Made by a program: the position numbers and the translations under genes. This document shows positions 23,914 to 36,490 of a stretch of DNA of 64,000 nucleotides, one piece after another. The stretch lies in assembly GCA_964270895.1 (NCBI GenBank), contig OZ185438.1; one strand, written 5' to 3'. Positions within the stretch are counted from its first letter, which is position 1. Every line of letters starts with the position of its first letter. A model generated the notes under the pieces. It was not told the origin of the DNA and did no database searches. It saw nothing but the letters and a program-made list of their open reading frames with translations. The DNA is from Podarcis filfolensis (Eukaryota).

Positions 23914-25539
23914 GTGAGTAGACATCTTTGGATTTTGACCCTACTTTATAAGCAGGATCCCCAGAATTATATGAGCGAAATCCATTCCTGAGGGTTACAA
24001 AAACTCTCCAGAAGAGCATGTAATACACATACAGCATGCTTACTGTGTAGCTTGGAACAACTAAACTCACAGGACAGGAGAAACACCCTGAATTATTTAC
24101 CTGACTTCCTTGCATTTTGCTTTTGGTTTATTTGGTCCATTCCCCCCCTTGAATTACCAGTAATTGTAGTTCTTGAAATCATTGCCACAGTATGGATGCT
24201 TCTTAAAAAGATATTTTGTGGGTGCATCATTCAAAAAGAGTGGTGAGCCTTTGATCTCCCTTTTAAAAAGGAAAGAGCTGCCCAAGAAACATCCTCCATC
24301 AGTGCAAGAAATATGAAAGTAAAATGAAGATCAAAAAGGTAGAGTGCAAATTTGTAATAACATCTACTTGTAGCATTCAATACTTTTTTCCTTCCAAGGT
24401 TTCCAGTTATTTTACAAGTGTTAGTGCTAATTAACAATAATCTCATGTGCATGTATTAATTCCATAAGCAGGTGAAGTCTTTTACAATGGCCACCTAAGA
24501 TGGGGTTGTTAGGTTTATTGCTAAATAATGTTTCCCTAGATCAGATAGCTGACAAAAAGAGCACAGTTGAATCCACCAGCAAAGCAAGCAAAGCCTTCCA
24601 AGCAACAGACTGCTCAAAGAGCCCAAGTTCAGAGAAACCCATTGATCAATGGGACATTCTTATTGCAGTTTGTATATTAACGGTTATTACTTATTCAGAC
24701 TTGAAGGCTTTTTTTTTTTTTTTTTTTTGCTAAGTACAGATAAGAGTTCCTTTGTTTTCACCTAGAAATTCAGCAGCTGGTAGGTTGAAATGAAAATACT
24801 GATGGCAGACAATCTGATATAGAAATTGGGGTGTTAGTGTTTTTTTCCCCGTACTCCTATTCAGATACGTTTTATCTGCATGCTATATTCAATATGAATA
24901 TTTAATTAGAGATATAGCGTATAAAATCTCAATGCACTAGAAAAGTGGAACTTACATACCCATGGGGTTTGTACCTGAATGGGCATGACCTGAGTAATCT
25001 CAAATGAAAATCTTTAAATATTCTTCATTGCTGCTACTTGGTTTTGTTGCTCTTCTAGTATTCATATTTGTGGTGTTCCCCATATAAGTACAAAAACCAC
25101 AAGGTGGCACTGTACAGGGAGGTTTGACTACTTAAGAAAGAAAATAAAGTTTTGTTCTTGCATAGCATAGAAGTTTGGGCCCTTTAAAAATTCAAAATGG
25201 TGTTAGATAGTGTAAAGAAATGGCAGCTTCTATGGGTTGAGTGAATGGGACATTGGGCTGAATTGGAGGTTAAGGTTGAGTTAGAGGCTGCATTCACGCT
25301 GCAGTTTATTCCATTCTCCTGACATTTTCCTACTTGTTGTTTTGTGCGTTATATTTAAGCATTCACAAGGTATAAAAGCCACTTCTGGAAAACTATTGGA
25401 ATGGAATGGAATGTAGCACAAGTTTAGCACCCGTTTCTGTGTTATTTGATTCTGGGCGGGGGGCTGGGGGAATCCCCTTAACTCAGAAAATTGTAGGAAC
25501 TTTGTATGACAATTTTCCTGCCTTAGTCACACGTTGATG

Positions 25540-25726
25540 CACTGGTGGAGGAAGAGGAGCGCGGGGGGAGCACACCACCCCAGCAGCGTGATCCTGGTGG
25601 GGTGCCATCGTGGCTGCCCCCCCCACTGGGTGCCACTGGGTGTGTCACGCCCCTGTGGGCGGCACGCCAGCCTTGCCCCTGACTGCTCGCTGCCCCCCGG
25701 TGTTGGAGCATGAAGCTCCGCCACTG
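25540..25726. mobile_element. hAT-type MITE, 187 bp
   Basis: Imperfect TIRs CACTGGTGGAG / CTCCGCCACTG and an 8-bp TSD cgttgatg (25532-25539) / ggttgatg (25727-25734). GC- and CpG-rich. Confidence 0.8.
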
Positions 25727-26879
25727 GGTTGATGCCACAGTTGCTCAAATGATAAGCTGTGAGGCAGTATACTGGCATGCCCTGCCTCCCTACCTATTTC
25801 AATGCTCATTAGGAAAAAGTAAAGCCTATGTTGGAACTCTGACAATGTAGAGGATAGAAAGAAAGCATCTGGAAACAATTGGAAGGGGAAAATGACAGGT
25901 GAGAGAAAATTATGCACCATCATCCTACCCACTGTAGGGATGGAAGAGAGTTTAAGGCAAACCAACCAAATTCACAGTTCTTGATCATATATGCAGCTCA
26001 GAATGCAATCATTGGATTATTCAAAAAGGGATATTTCACAAGGGTTTTGTAGCTAAATGCATAGAAAAGCATACATAAATGTTTTGGGGAGAATGCATAC
26101 AAAATTAATATTTTAGGGGATGTGCATCCAAATGGATGTATTTTACCGTAAAAATGCATATAAATCAAATGCATTTTTTTGTAGTAAATTTCCACAGAAA
26201 ATTAGATGGCATAAGTGGAAACTGGACATAGAACAGAAGCAGCCTGTTCTTTAGTCCACTTGCAGAAAAAACTACACTTTCCCAACATTGGTTTGCAGAA
26301 ATGTTGTCCAGATACAATGCTGTTCCAGAGGCTGGATTATCTGCATTCAGTTCTAAGAGTTGGATAGTGAGTCTGAAACTTGTGTGTGGCTTGTGTGCTT
26401 AGGAATCTCATTGGTTTTACTTAGCATTATAAGTAGATTCTGGATTGGGGCCAAAAATATATCTTTGGGAAAGACTCAGATCCTTTTTGTATTACGCATT
26501 ACTCAAACTGAAGGCACTATTTATTTTAATTGAGGCCAAGGCCACAGGTAGCCCTAAATCAAGATGTGGCCAACCTCATGAAAAAGTAATGTTGCCTTCC
26601 CCTTCCTTCATTCATTGTGGCCACATTGCCACAACAGGTGAAATGAAGGTGATTGTCCTGAAATCACAGTGATTAGAAGAAATACAAACTATCCAAAGAA
26701 TGTAGGAAGTGATGAATTATAGGACCAAGTGTAGGTTCAAAACTGAGGGGTGCTTAATGATCAAAATGTTAGCGGAGGAAAACCTACAAGCATCCAGGAA
26801 CTTGCAAGTTTTCATTCACAAACTTAAGATCGCATACTTATATGCTAAAAACACAAGAAAATGATTCTTTATTAATCCA

Positions 26880-27200
26880 CTGGGAGATGTCACCAGGAGT
26901 CTGGGAGTGAGGTTTCTCCACCCAGCTCAGAATTCCACCCACAGTGAGGTGTGTCTGTCTTTACAGACATCTCTTTACAGATTTCATCAGTTGCTGAAGA
27001 TGCCCCTCTTTACCCTGGCCTTTGAAAACTGAAGAATTGATTTTGGTGTCTTCCCTGTAATGTGTTGTATGAATTATTGATTTTGGATTATGGATGGGGT
27101 TATTGTTTTCATTGTGGTTTTATATGCTATAACCTACCCTTGGGCCTTCTATTGAAGGCTTAATAATAACAACAACAACAACAACAACAATAACTACAGC
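26880..27200 (+). mobile_element. L2-like LINE 3' end with (AAC)n tail
   Basis: gctgaagatgcccctctttaccctggcctttg (L2 terminal LKT.LF..AF-like), then a UTR, taacctacccttggg and (AAT)/(AAC)n. Confidence 0.55.
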
Positions 27201-27650
27201 AACATCAGCAAATACACACTCACCACACATGCCACACACATATGCAGACACATTCAGACAAACACAGCCACACATATTCAGACACACATTTGGTTTTCTG
27301 GGGTGGGAAATTAAGGAAGGGAAGCTCTCTTCTTATCTTTTAAAAGGGCCTCTACTCCCTTATTGGGCACTAACACTCCAAGAAGACCTTTGCAAACAGG
27401 AAACAGACTTCCCACCTGTTTCCTGAGCTCTAAAACCTTGCAGTGCTGCTATTACTGCAGGAACCTCTTCTTTCTGTTTCCTGAGCTACCTGGGAGGCAA
27501 AAAGGCCCCATTTACAAATAAAAAGTGGCACTCAACTTGAGGACTGAAAACATTTTGGAAATCTAGAAATACCAGAAAACCTATTTGGGAGGTCTTGGAG
27601 GACCACATAGAAATACTTTGGGGGACAGATATAGGCAATGGGTAGGGTTA

Positions 27651-28012
27651 AAGGTAAAGGTACCCCTGCCCGTACGGGCCAGTCGTGTCCGACTCTAGGG
27701 TTGTGCGCCCATCTCACTTAAGAGGCCGGGGGCCAGCGCTGTCCGGAGACACTTCCGGGTCATGTGGCCAGCGTGACAAAGCTGCTCTGGCGAGCCAGCA
27801 CCAGCACAGCACACGGAAACGCCGTTTACCTTCTTGCTATAAAGCGGTACCTATTTATCTACTTGCACTTAAGGGTGCTTTCGAACTGCTAGGTGGGCAG
27901 GAGCTGGGACCGAAAGACAGGAGCTCACCCCGCCGCGGGGATTCGAACCACCGACCTTACGATCGGCAAGTCCTAGGCACTGAGGTTTTACCCACAGCGC
28001 CACCCGCGTCCC
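27651..28012 (-). mobile_element. Sauria SINE, young full-length copy
   Basis: Head gggacgcgggtggcgctgtggg and an (ACCTTT) tail. Perfect 14-bp TSD aatgggtagggtta (27637-27650, 28015-28028). Many CpGs are intact. Confidence 0.95.
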
Positions 28013-29371
28013 TAAATGGGTAGGGTTAGCCACCCCTAATCTAGGTAGAAAAATGTAAGCTGAAGATAACGTCCTAGATCTGAAAAAGTTGATGGCTGTA
28101 ATGCAATCTTAGAAGTAATGTCCTTGGTGGAAGAGAGAAGTCTTTCTGTTCCACTTCAAGATTTGGTTAAAAGCTGACCACATAATTTTAGATGCATGAC
28201 TTGGATATTTTAAACTATTATCCCATTCTCTATTCAATGACATGACATTTTTATTTCCCCAATTTACATCCATAGGATTTTTTTCTAATGGAATTGACAT
28301 ACATATGCATCTTCCTATATAAATAAAAATGTAAGTCTGTTGTCATGCAGCAGTTTGTGTGGCCACCAATAGGTGGTTACACCAACTCCAGTGAGATGGC
28401 AAGCAGCATGAGCAGCAGGTAATCTAGGCAAGGTGTTTAACATGAGGGGAGGCACTTCACAAAGCAGTATGGCAAATTGCTCTATGTGTAGCACCTCACC
28501 CCCAATTAAACATGGTTTTAATTTTACATGCACAGAGACACACTCTACCTGCTTTAAATATGTAATTTTATATCCAACCCTATCCACTAGTTCCTTCTAG
28601 GGTGTCATGAAGAACCACATAGCTGTATTTTCAAGCCTTCAACTACTTATCCCCAAAAGTGTGACCAAGGAACATGAACTTGAAAATATCTACTCTACAT
28701 ACACATATTTGGGAAGGAAACATCTTTTATGAAAAGTTCAAGTTCTTTGAACTTTTTCCCACTGGAAAGCTTTGGAGTTGGGGGGTAGGCTAAGTTCAAA
28801 CAAGATTATTACTTAATTAACTAGGAGCGATTATTTGGCCACAAATGGGGAAGGAATCTTTTGTGGGGGTTTTGCTACAAATTCTCCCTAAATATATGGA
28901 TGCAGACTGTGTTTTCACCTCACAACCTGTTTTATAAAAGCATAGGGACAAGCAATATCAAAACATAAAACAAACAGACCAAAATCTTAGTAGCTGTATA
29001 GCTATAACAGGTCAGATTGTGTGTGTGTGTTCTTTACTTTCTTTTAAAAAATCCAGAAGCCTGTACTTTTCCATCTCATAAATATTTCAGATAAATCTAT
29101 GAATAATTAGTGCAACAAAGATTAAATCTTCTTCTAAAGATGCACGGTGAATGAAGTAAAGCACTGCTAACATGCAGCTAAGTCTTGAGCATTTATACAG
29201 TCTGAAGCAGGAAATTTCTCGCACACAATAGAGATTAAACACACTCGGTGCATACAGTATTCTCCTCAGCATTCTGAATTGGGACTATGGCGTAGCAGTT
29301 GTTGTCTTGAGCAGGTTTTTCTTGGTGATTTTCAAGCCTGGTGTTACCTACCCAAGTGGCAGTGACACCAG

Positions 29372-29525
29372 NNNNNNNNNNNNNNNNNNNNNNNNNNNNN
29401 NNNNNNNNNNNNNNNNNNNNNNNNNNNNNNNNNNNNNNNNNNNNNNNNNNNNNNNNNNNNNNNNNNNNNNNNNNNNNNNNNNNNNNNNNNNNNNNNNNNN
29501 NNNNNNNNNNNNNNNNNNNNNNNNN
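29372..29525. other. Assembly gap (154 N)
   Basis: Run of N characters. Confidence 1.
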
Positions 29526-29664
29526 TGACATCTTTTCTCTGTTCTGCTGGACACCGGCATTACTGTTTTTATCATTTTCAATCACGCTCACACTGAAAGC
29601 TGACGAATATATTCCCACTGAAGCCAAAGTGAGGAGCACGAAATTCTTTTATAGCTCCTATAGT

Positions 29665-29695
<31 letters not shown>

Positions 29696-29698
29696 GCA
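29665..29698. repeat. Interrupted (AGC)n microsatellite
   Basis: agcagcagcagcaacagcagcagcagcagcagca. Confidence 0.95.
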
Positions 29699-29950
29699 CT
29701 AGCTGCATGTTGTGTGTGGGAAAAGCTGGATCACAGAGAGATGTGGCGTTCCTCAGGGCTACTTCACTAGATATTACTTCAGAATGGCAAAGCCGCTCCG
29801 TGTACTGATTTTTCAATGATTAATGACTCCTTTCCAAGCAAAGACTGAATGGAGAAAGTGAGGAGAAAGATGTAAGGGGTGGGGGGAGAGAAGACCTGTG
29901 GAAAATAACTTGCGGAAATGTTATCATCAGAGAGACAGAGGGAAATTACA

Positions 29951-30044
29951 ATGCTTGAACTTCTTTTTATTTTGATGCTGCTCTTCTCTGGACCAACTCT
30001 AAGCAAGCTAAGTAGGACTAAATCAGGCAAACACTGGAAGGGTG
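29951..30044 (+). CDS. Candidate first coding exon encoding a signal-peptide-like leader
   Basis: acaATG (purine at -3), translating as MLELLFILMLLFSGPTLSKLSRTKSGKHWKG, followed by a consensus phase-1 donor GTG|gtaagt. No convincing exon 2 was found. Confidence 0.3.
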
Positions 30045-32781
30045 GTAAGTGATAAAAGTTTTATAAGGAATGTCAATCGGAAACCCTGAAAAGCAAACAG
30101 GGCTCATATTTGATTTCTTGTTAATAAATATATTTTTTTGAAATGGTTGAGGTTTTAATTAGTGTCTAGATTTCAGATAAATTCTGAATGGAATATAGAA
30201 TTGAATCTAATGTGTTGCTTGTACATTTTCCTGTGTAAAGCCTTTCCTTCCAAAAGGGAAGTATGGACTTAAATAAGCATGAATGCATAAGAGATCTTGG
30301 CATATCTGGATAAAGCTTTTGCCATGTACATATTCTAAACAGGTGATTTAGAAATTGGTGTACTTGTGATTGTGATAGCATTGTTTGCTTGTTTCAGAAT
30401 GGATATGGGAGAGGGGGAAGGGAGAGGGGGTACAGATGCTTGTGTCTATGTTGCCTGTAAAGGCACTGTAGGCTCCCGAGATTCACCTGTTTTATATATA
30501 TAGGTACTTTATTCTGTTCAATGTACACATTATTAGTACACATTATGAAATTGTTGGGCAGACATTTTTTCAGAACATGACTGTTACGGAAATGCAGTGC
30601 CAGCATCACTAATGGACTGGCTGAATGTATCAGTGTTGATGTGTTAATAATGAATAATTGCATTAACTTTATTGAATTTATTTTATTGTGCTAAGAAAAA
30701 AAAAACACCTCTTACAGCTTTTGAAGGCTGCAATCTATTTCTTTCCACGCTCATAAACTCAGGAGGATATGTGCGCTATTTGTGCTGTTACAGTTCACGA
30801 AATATTAATTTTGCTAAAGTTTGCTTTGTTTTGCTTCTGGAAAGTAATAAATTGATATCTATGGGAAAACATGGAATAAAAATAGTTGATAATCAAATAG
30901 TAAATGAATATCAATGATTTGGGGGAAAAAGTGGTTGTAGCAGATGCTAGACAGTATTCGCCTTCTCTTTCACCCCAGATGTTTCTTGATATTGTTGACT
31001 GGAAACACCCCAGGACTTGTGCACCTCTCCAGTTGATCACTGCTTCAATAGCACTTTCTGGTTTTTTTATACTGTCAGTGTTGTGATCTGAGGTTAAAGA
31101 GTAACATCAACATTAAGAAGAAGTTTTAATAATTCATCACAACATCTCAGCAGGAGACTCTCATCCCATCCCTCCCTCCCCCCCCCCATCTCTCATTGCA
31201 TGAAAGACTTTACAAACCATCCACGTGCTGTATCTTCAAGGGAAAAGTTCCAGCAGGAAATTAGCCTGAAATGTGTAAAGCACAAGGTAGCCAACAGATT
31301 ATGAATCTGTCTTCTTTTGCTTTTGCTTTATTTCATTGAAAGTTGTGGCAGGTGAACATGACTGGCTTGCTTATGACATGTTTTATTTTTCTTCTTATGT
31401 GTACTTGATACCCGTGCAGAAGAACTTGCTGTACTTCCTGCCTGCCAGTGTCAACGGAGGCAGGGAATGTGGTTCATGAAATGCAGATGGTGTGAAGCTG
31501 AGTTGTGACAAAGGCCTACAGTGAATTTGCAAACTAATCATGTTAGCTTAATAGATAAGATCCCTGCCTTCTCTGGTAGCTATAGGTTTCTCCACACAGG
31601 CACATCATCACATCACCTCCACTACATGAAACAGACTTTCTCTCATGGTCACTCAATAATGATATGGTTGATAAATGAGCAGAAATGCCTAAGTTGCCCC
31701 TTGATGGTTGTGGCAAGGTGGAAAGCAGAGTGCACATCCCTGCTTGGTTTATAAAAGCTTGTGTCCTTATTAGTTGTTTCTTGATTGTGTGCAAAAGGTC
31801 AACTGACTGTTTTGCTGTGAATAAAGTTTCCAATTTCACAAGTTACCACTCAAGGTATTTTGTGGATGTTTCTGGCAATATCTGACAATGGCAAGTTAGG
31901 CATTGGATAAATGCCTTGTATCTCATTAGTAGGAGAAGCTGAGATGAGGATAGGGAAATAAAAGGCTGCCATAAGCAGAGTACTTGTGCATGAACGGATC
32001 CTTAGGTATGAAACTGAAGTGCTTTGCTTTGGCTATACAAACATTTGGTAACAAACGTGTACTGTACAGTTTTCAGAAGTTATATGGACCCTATACAGAG
32101 GGAATGCAATGACGGAACAGATTACATTAGATTCATTAGACAGGATAGAGAAGAGGGAAGAAAGGATATTCAAAACTGACATATCCGTTTGGGAAATATA
32201 TTTCACTATATTCTCCCCCACTTCCACTTTGGCTCTAGAAATCTGGAAAAACCATGAGCACATGGGTTTTGTAAACATTTGTACTTGCACAAACATGTTC
32301 AGATACTGAAAGTTCCACAGGTGACAAAGAACCTGTCAGGCTTTTTCTTTGTTGGCTCACATCTTATCTGTGGTTTTGTTGTTGGTTCTCTATCTCCCAA
32401 CAAGGTACTGATTTTTCCAGTAGTATCAGGGGACAACATGTTTACTACTCATAGTTTGTTTCTTGTTCTGAATACATGGTAAGTAGCAACTGTTCTGAAT
32501 GCTCAACATTTTGTTGTCAGTTACTGTTGTTGAAAGAGCTGCCTTAGTTCTTCTAATAGTTCTTTCCCGCAGTTAGTACCGGAAGAATTACACTTGCACA
32601 AAACAATATAGGTATGATAAAATATTGTTTTATTTGAAGTCTGGCTTGATGAATAAGGATCTGCTGCTGCAGCATGTGTTTCCTCCACATCTTTCCAGTA
32701 ATGTTAGAAGGTCCAGGGCACCTGGGAACAGACCATAAAAGGATTCCTTCACACATAACTATTGTCCTATATTGTAGGATA

Positions 32782-33166
32782 AGGACGCGGGTAGCGCTGT
32801 GGTCTAAGCTACTGAGCCTCTTGGGCTTGCTGTTCAGAAGGTCAGCGGTTCGAATCCCCATGATGGGGTGAGCTCCCATTGCTCGGTCCCTGCTCCTGCC
32901 AACCTAGCAGTTCGAAAGCACGCCCAAAAGTGCAAGTAGATAAATAGGTACCACTCTGGCGGGAAGGTAAACAGCATTTCTGTGCGCTGCTCTGGTTTTG
33001 GTGTTCCATTGCACCAGAAGCAGCTTAGTCATGCTGGCCACATGACCCGGAAAAACTGTCTGCGGACAAAGGTCGGCTCCCCCTGCCTGTAAAGCGAGAT
33101 GAGTGCCGCAACCCCAGAGTCATCTGCGACTGAACTTAACTATCAGGGGTCCTTTACCTTTACCTT
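32782..33166 (+). mobile_element. Sauria SINE, full-length
   Basis: Head ggacgcgggtagcgctgtggtctaag and tail cctttacctttaccttt. 12-bp TSD tattgtaggata (32770-32781, 33167-33178). Confidence 0.95.
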
Positions 33167-36100
33167 TATTGTAGGATAGGGAGTTCTGGCTCTGAAAGGA
33201 GCCACCGGTGCTGCCAAATCACCTGGCTTCTAAGGTACTTTGGGCCCTAAACAACATGGGCCCAAAGGCTTGTATTCAATGCAGCACTAAGTAACCATCC
33301 CATTAGTGCAAGGATTTTCACTTGTCAGCAGGACTTCCCCCACTCTCCTCTTCCTGTGCTTCCCCAAATCTAGGAGTTCTTACAACCCCATGGAGCAGAT
33401 TTGGGGACATAGATGTGCATAGCACACTTCCTCAGTGTGTGAAGCCAGGGAATTTGTCTTTGTGGAAGAGGAGATGACAGTGCTATGGGGAAATTACCTT
33501 GGCCCCACTTGGAGGGCTCATGCTGTTGCCTGAGGTTTTGCAACAATGCAGGGCCCCCATGTTTGCACACCACAAAAGCATTCCCTCACCATCACAGATC
33601 TCTCTCCGCAAAAGGTGGCAAGCAGTAGGCTCTTTGCAAACAAACTAAAACACACTCCCACCATTGCAGGAACATCTATCCCATCCTCCTACAGCCTCTT
33701 CACTGTGCTAGCACTCATGGCTTGGATGGAGGTGGGCACCATAACCTGCTTGAGGTTGTTGGACACATCTCATTGGAAGACACAGAGAAGCAACCTGGTT
33801 GCGATGGTGTAGCTAGTACTCTACTACAGCTGAAAAAAGGTCAGGGACTCACAAAGCCACATTTTAAAAAGACATTAATGTGTGTCTGGGCACACCTGGC
33901 ACACCCTGTACACATGCTTATATTTGGAGAGTGCATGGGGCAAGTGTGGAGAAGGGGAAGAAGTCCATATGTGCAAGTGGAAATCATTTTCATGGTTCCC
34001 CCATGCCCCAGAGGTTCAGTTCACCTTTACTAGGGCCTGAGTCTTTAGTGTTGCAAGCCTTGTGTCTGGAAGGAAACATCCCCGCTTTCTTTTAGGTGCT
34101 TTTTAAAAACAAAAACAATACCCTAGACAGTTCAGACAGGCCTCTGTTGAACTGGATTGTTTTTGTGAACCAACCATTTTTTATCAACATGTTACTAATG
34201 CTTTTAACCAATGCTATTGTCGTTAGATTACATTTTTCTGTTGTGTACCACTTTGCTGTATTTCCTGTGAGAGCCTGGTTTATAAATATTTAAAAAAATA
34301 AATAGTGCTGAAGGAGCCAGGTGATGGGGAAGGAACCACACTGCAGCATCTCCCCTCTTGCTAAGATAATGTTGGAAAGGGCCTTTAAACACAATGGATA
34401 TGAACTGTGATAATAAATACCTTCTACAAAATCACCAGTGTGCCTATTGTGCAACATCTTAAGGACCTTGAACGTAGTAACTGTTCACTACGTTTACAAA
34501 GCAGTTGCCCTGAACATTGTCTGGATGCTGCAGTTGTAAAGAATTCAAACTGTTCCTTCTTAAATTATATGTATGAATATTCAGTTATGTAGCGGACATA
34601 TCCAAGGATGTTGTGTATTGGCCCCAAATCTTTTTTCTGAGTGCCCTGGGTGTTTCTGGGTAGGTGGTGAATTCAAGGGAAATAGAACTGTGATGTCCTT
34701 TTGGATTCCAGGTAGGCTATTAGAAAAATTGATTGATTGATTGATTGATTGATTATTTATTTATTATTTTATTTAGAGGTCACCTGGAAAGTAATAAATG
34801 GGGGCAATTAAAGAGAAAAGTGAATTTATTTGGAACAGGATCTCTTGGGAAATTGATTGAGATAAATGAAGTGAAAAGCATTTAGGGTGATCTAGAATGG
34901 AGTGCTAATTAATTCAGGGCTTGTGCCCTGCATCTTTTAAGTACACTGCTAGGTATATCTGATCTTGAGATTCATCATAATAATCTATGGAAATCACATC
35001 TACTTCTTTCATATTGTCAAATCTTTTCTCAATATGCACATAAAGATTTGATGTGGGTTGGAAATGGATACAGTGGATTTACATGTATATAAACAGAAGA
35101 TGTGAAAGCCAAATTGGCCAAATGCCCTGAGAAAATTGGGCATCTATTGACAACTAGTAGGCCATTGAGAATATCAGGTAGGTATTACTGAGGAAAGTGG
35201 TAGTCTTTACTTTTGTTCAGCATACACAATTAATAATTTGTTAGAGGGAAAACTGAAGTTGTTCCTGCTGACTCCACCCTCAGCCTCCACACAAGTATAT
35301 TGCGTAGGCTTCCTATACATTATCCAAGGCTTCAAAAATTCGAAGGTACAGATTGCACCAGGAAGATTTGTCAGGTACTAAACAGTGGCTAGGAACATTA
35401 CAACTTCTTTCCATCTATAATTTTTTCCACCTACAAATCCAGGTGGAAATCCAGCAAGTCATTAGACATTTAAAAGAGAAATGTTGCTGTACTAATAGTT
35501 ACCCTGTGAAAAAGTAGCAGTTTACTTCCACAAAGGCCACAATGCTATTCATCAGAATTGATGTGTAGTTAGCATGACTTATTTTAAAGAGAGAGCTTCA
35601 TATCAGGAAGCATCATTATTATTTATCAGAGAAAATCATGCCTGCTACTGGTTTATCACCAGATAGTTATCCATAATATATCTGCAGTAAAAAAAACTTG
35701 GGCCACAGTTTTCGGTACATGTGTGAGTTAAAGGAGCACCATTTGTCCAAGTTGCAATATTTGTGTAAAGTTTATACAGCAACTGATGGGCAAACTGCTT
35801 TTCCAGTTAACAGTGCTTACATTTTTACTCTTTTCTTGGCTCCTTTTAGTACAACTCCTCCAGCTGGAACCCAACCTCTTCTATACCAAAGTATATCTAG
35901 GATTGTGTGGCCTTGATTCCCATTTTTGATCCTGTCCATTCTTTCCATTGGTTTTTCTTTCTGGGTATAGAAAGTTGCCCTTTACAATGCAGTACAATTC
36001 ATAGGTCCCAGTGTCTGTTGTCCATTATCTTATCTGCAATGCCACCTTCATTTGAATTCCTCATTGTATTTGCTTGCAGTGGTTGCTGTTAAAAAAACCC

Positions 36101-36419
36101 CACACATCCCCAAAAATTACTTGTCAGAAAGTAGATTTGTAATTCTGAAGAGAAAATTCTTAAATTAGAAGCTGAGCAAATTCATTATGGGAAAATAGAT
36201 GTGAGGAAAGAAGCTTTGGAACAGTTGTGAAGTATTGTCAACATTAGAGAATCAGCAGGCAAAACCAAAGTTTCTTAATTAGCACTACAAATAGAATGAA
36301 CCCATGGAAATTGCCTGTTAAATGTTCTAAGAGATCAGATATTCAGAGATATTAAAATGCTGGCTCTTTTTTGGGGGGGGGGATCTGGTTTTCGTTTTGA
36401 TTTTACGTAAGTGATTTTT

Positions 36420-36490
36420 AATGTGAACCGCCCTGAGACCTTCAGATATAGGGCGATATAGGAATAAAATAAATAAATAAATAATCATAA
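36420..36490 (+). mobile_element. L2-type 3' tail remnant
   Basis: tgtgaaccgccctgagaccttcagatatagggcgatatag followed by (AAAT)n. Confidence 0.6.

Noticed and set aside
27685-28023. 112-aa ORF, and similar ORFs at 45091-45312 and 58693-58905
   Set aside because: These are antisense readings of Sauria SINEs (the recurring VPIYLLA motif).
29307-29808. Supplied ORFs of 73-155 aa around 29.3-29.8 kb
   Set aside because: Their length is inflated by the N run, and the poly-Ser tract is the AGC microsatellite. Only the splice-bounded minus frame is kept, as a weak candidate.
33690-33840. PLHCASTHG, resembling an ankyrin repeat start
   Set aside because: The following residues do not fit the ankyrin consensus and no further repeats were found.
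35821-36085. AG/GT-bounded minus segment containing DTGTYELYC (Ig-like)
   Set aside because: All three frames from the acceptor contain stops, and the motif frame is preceded immediately by TAA.
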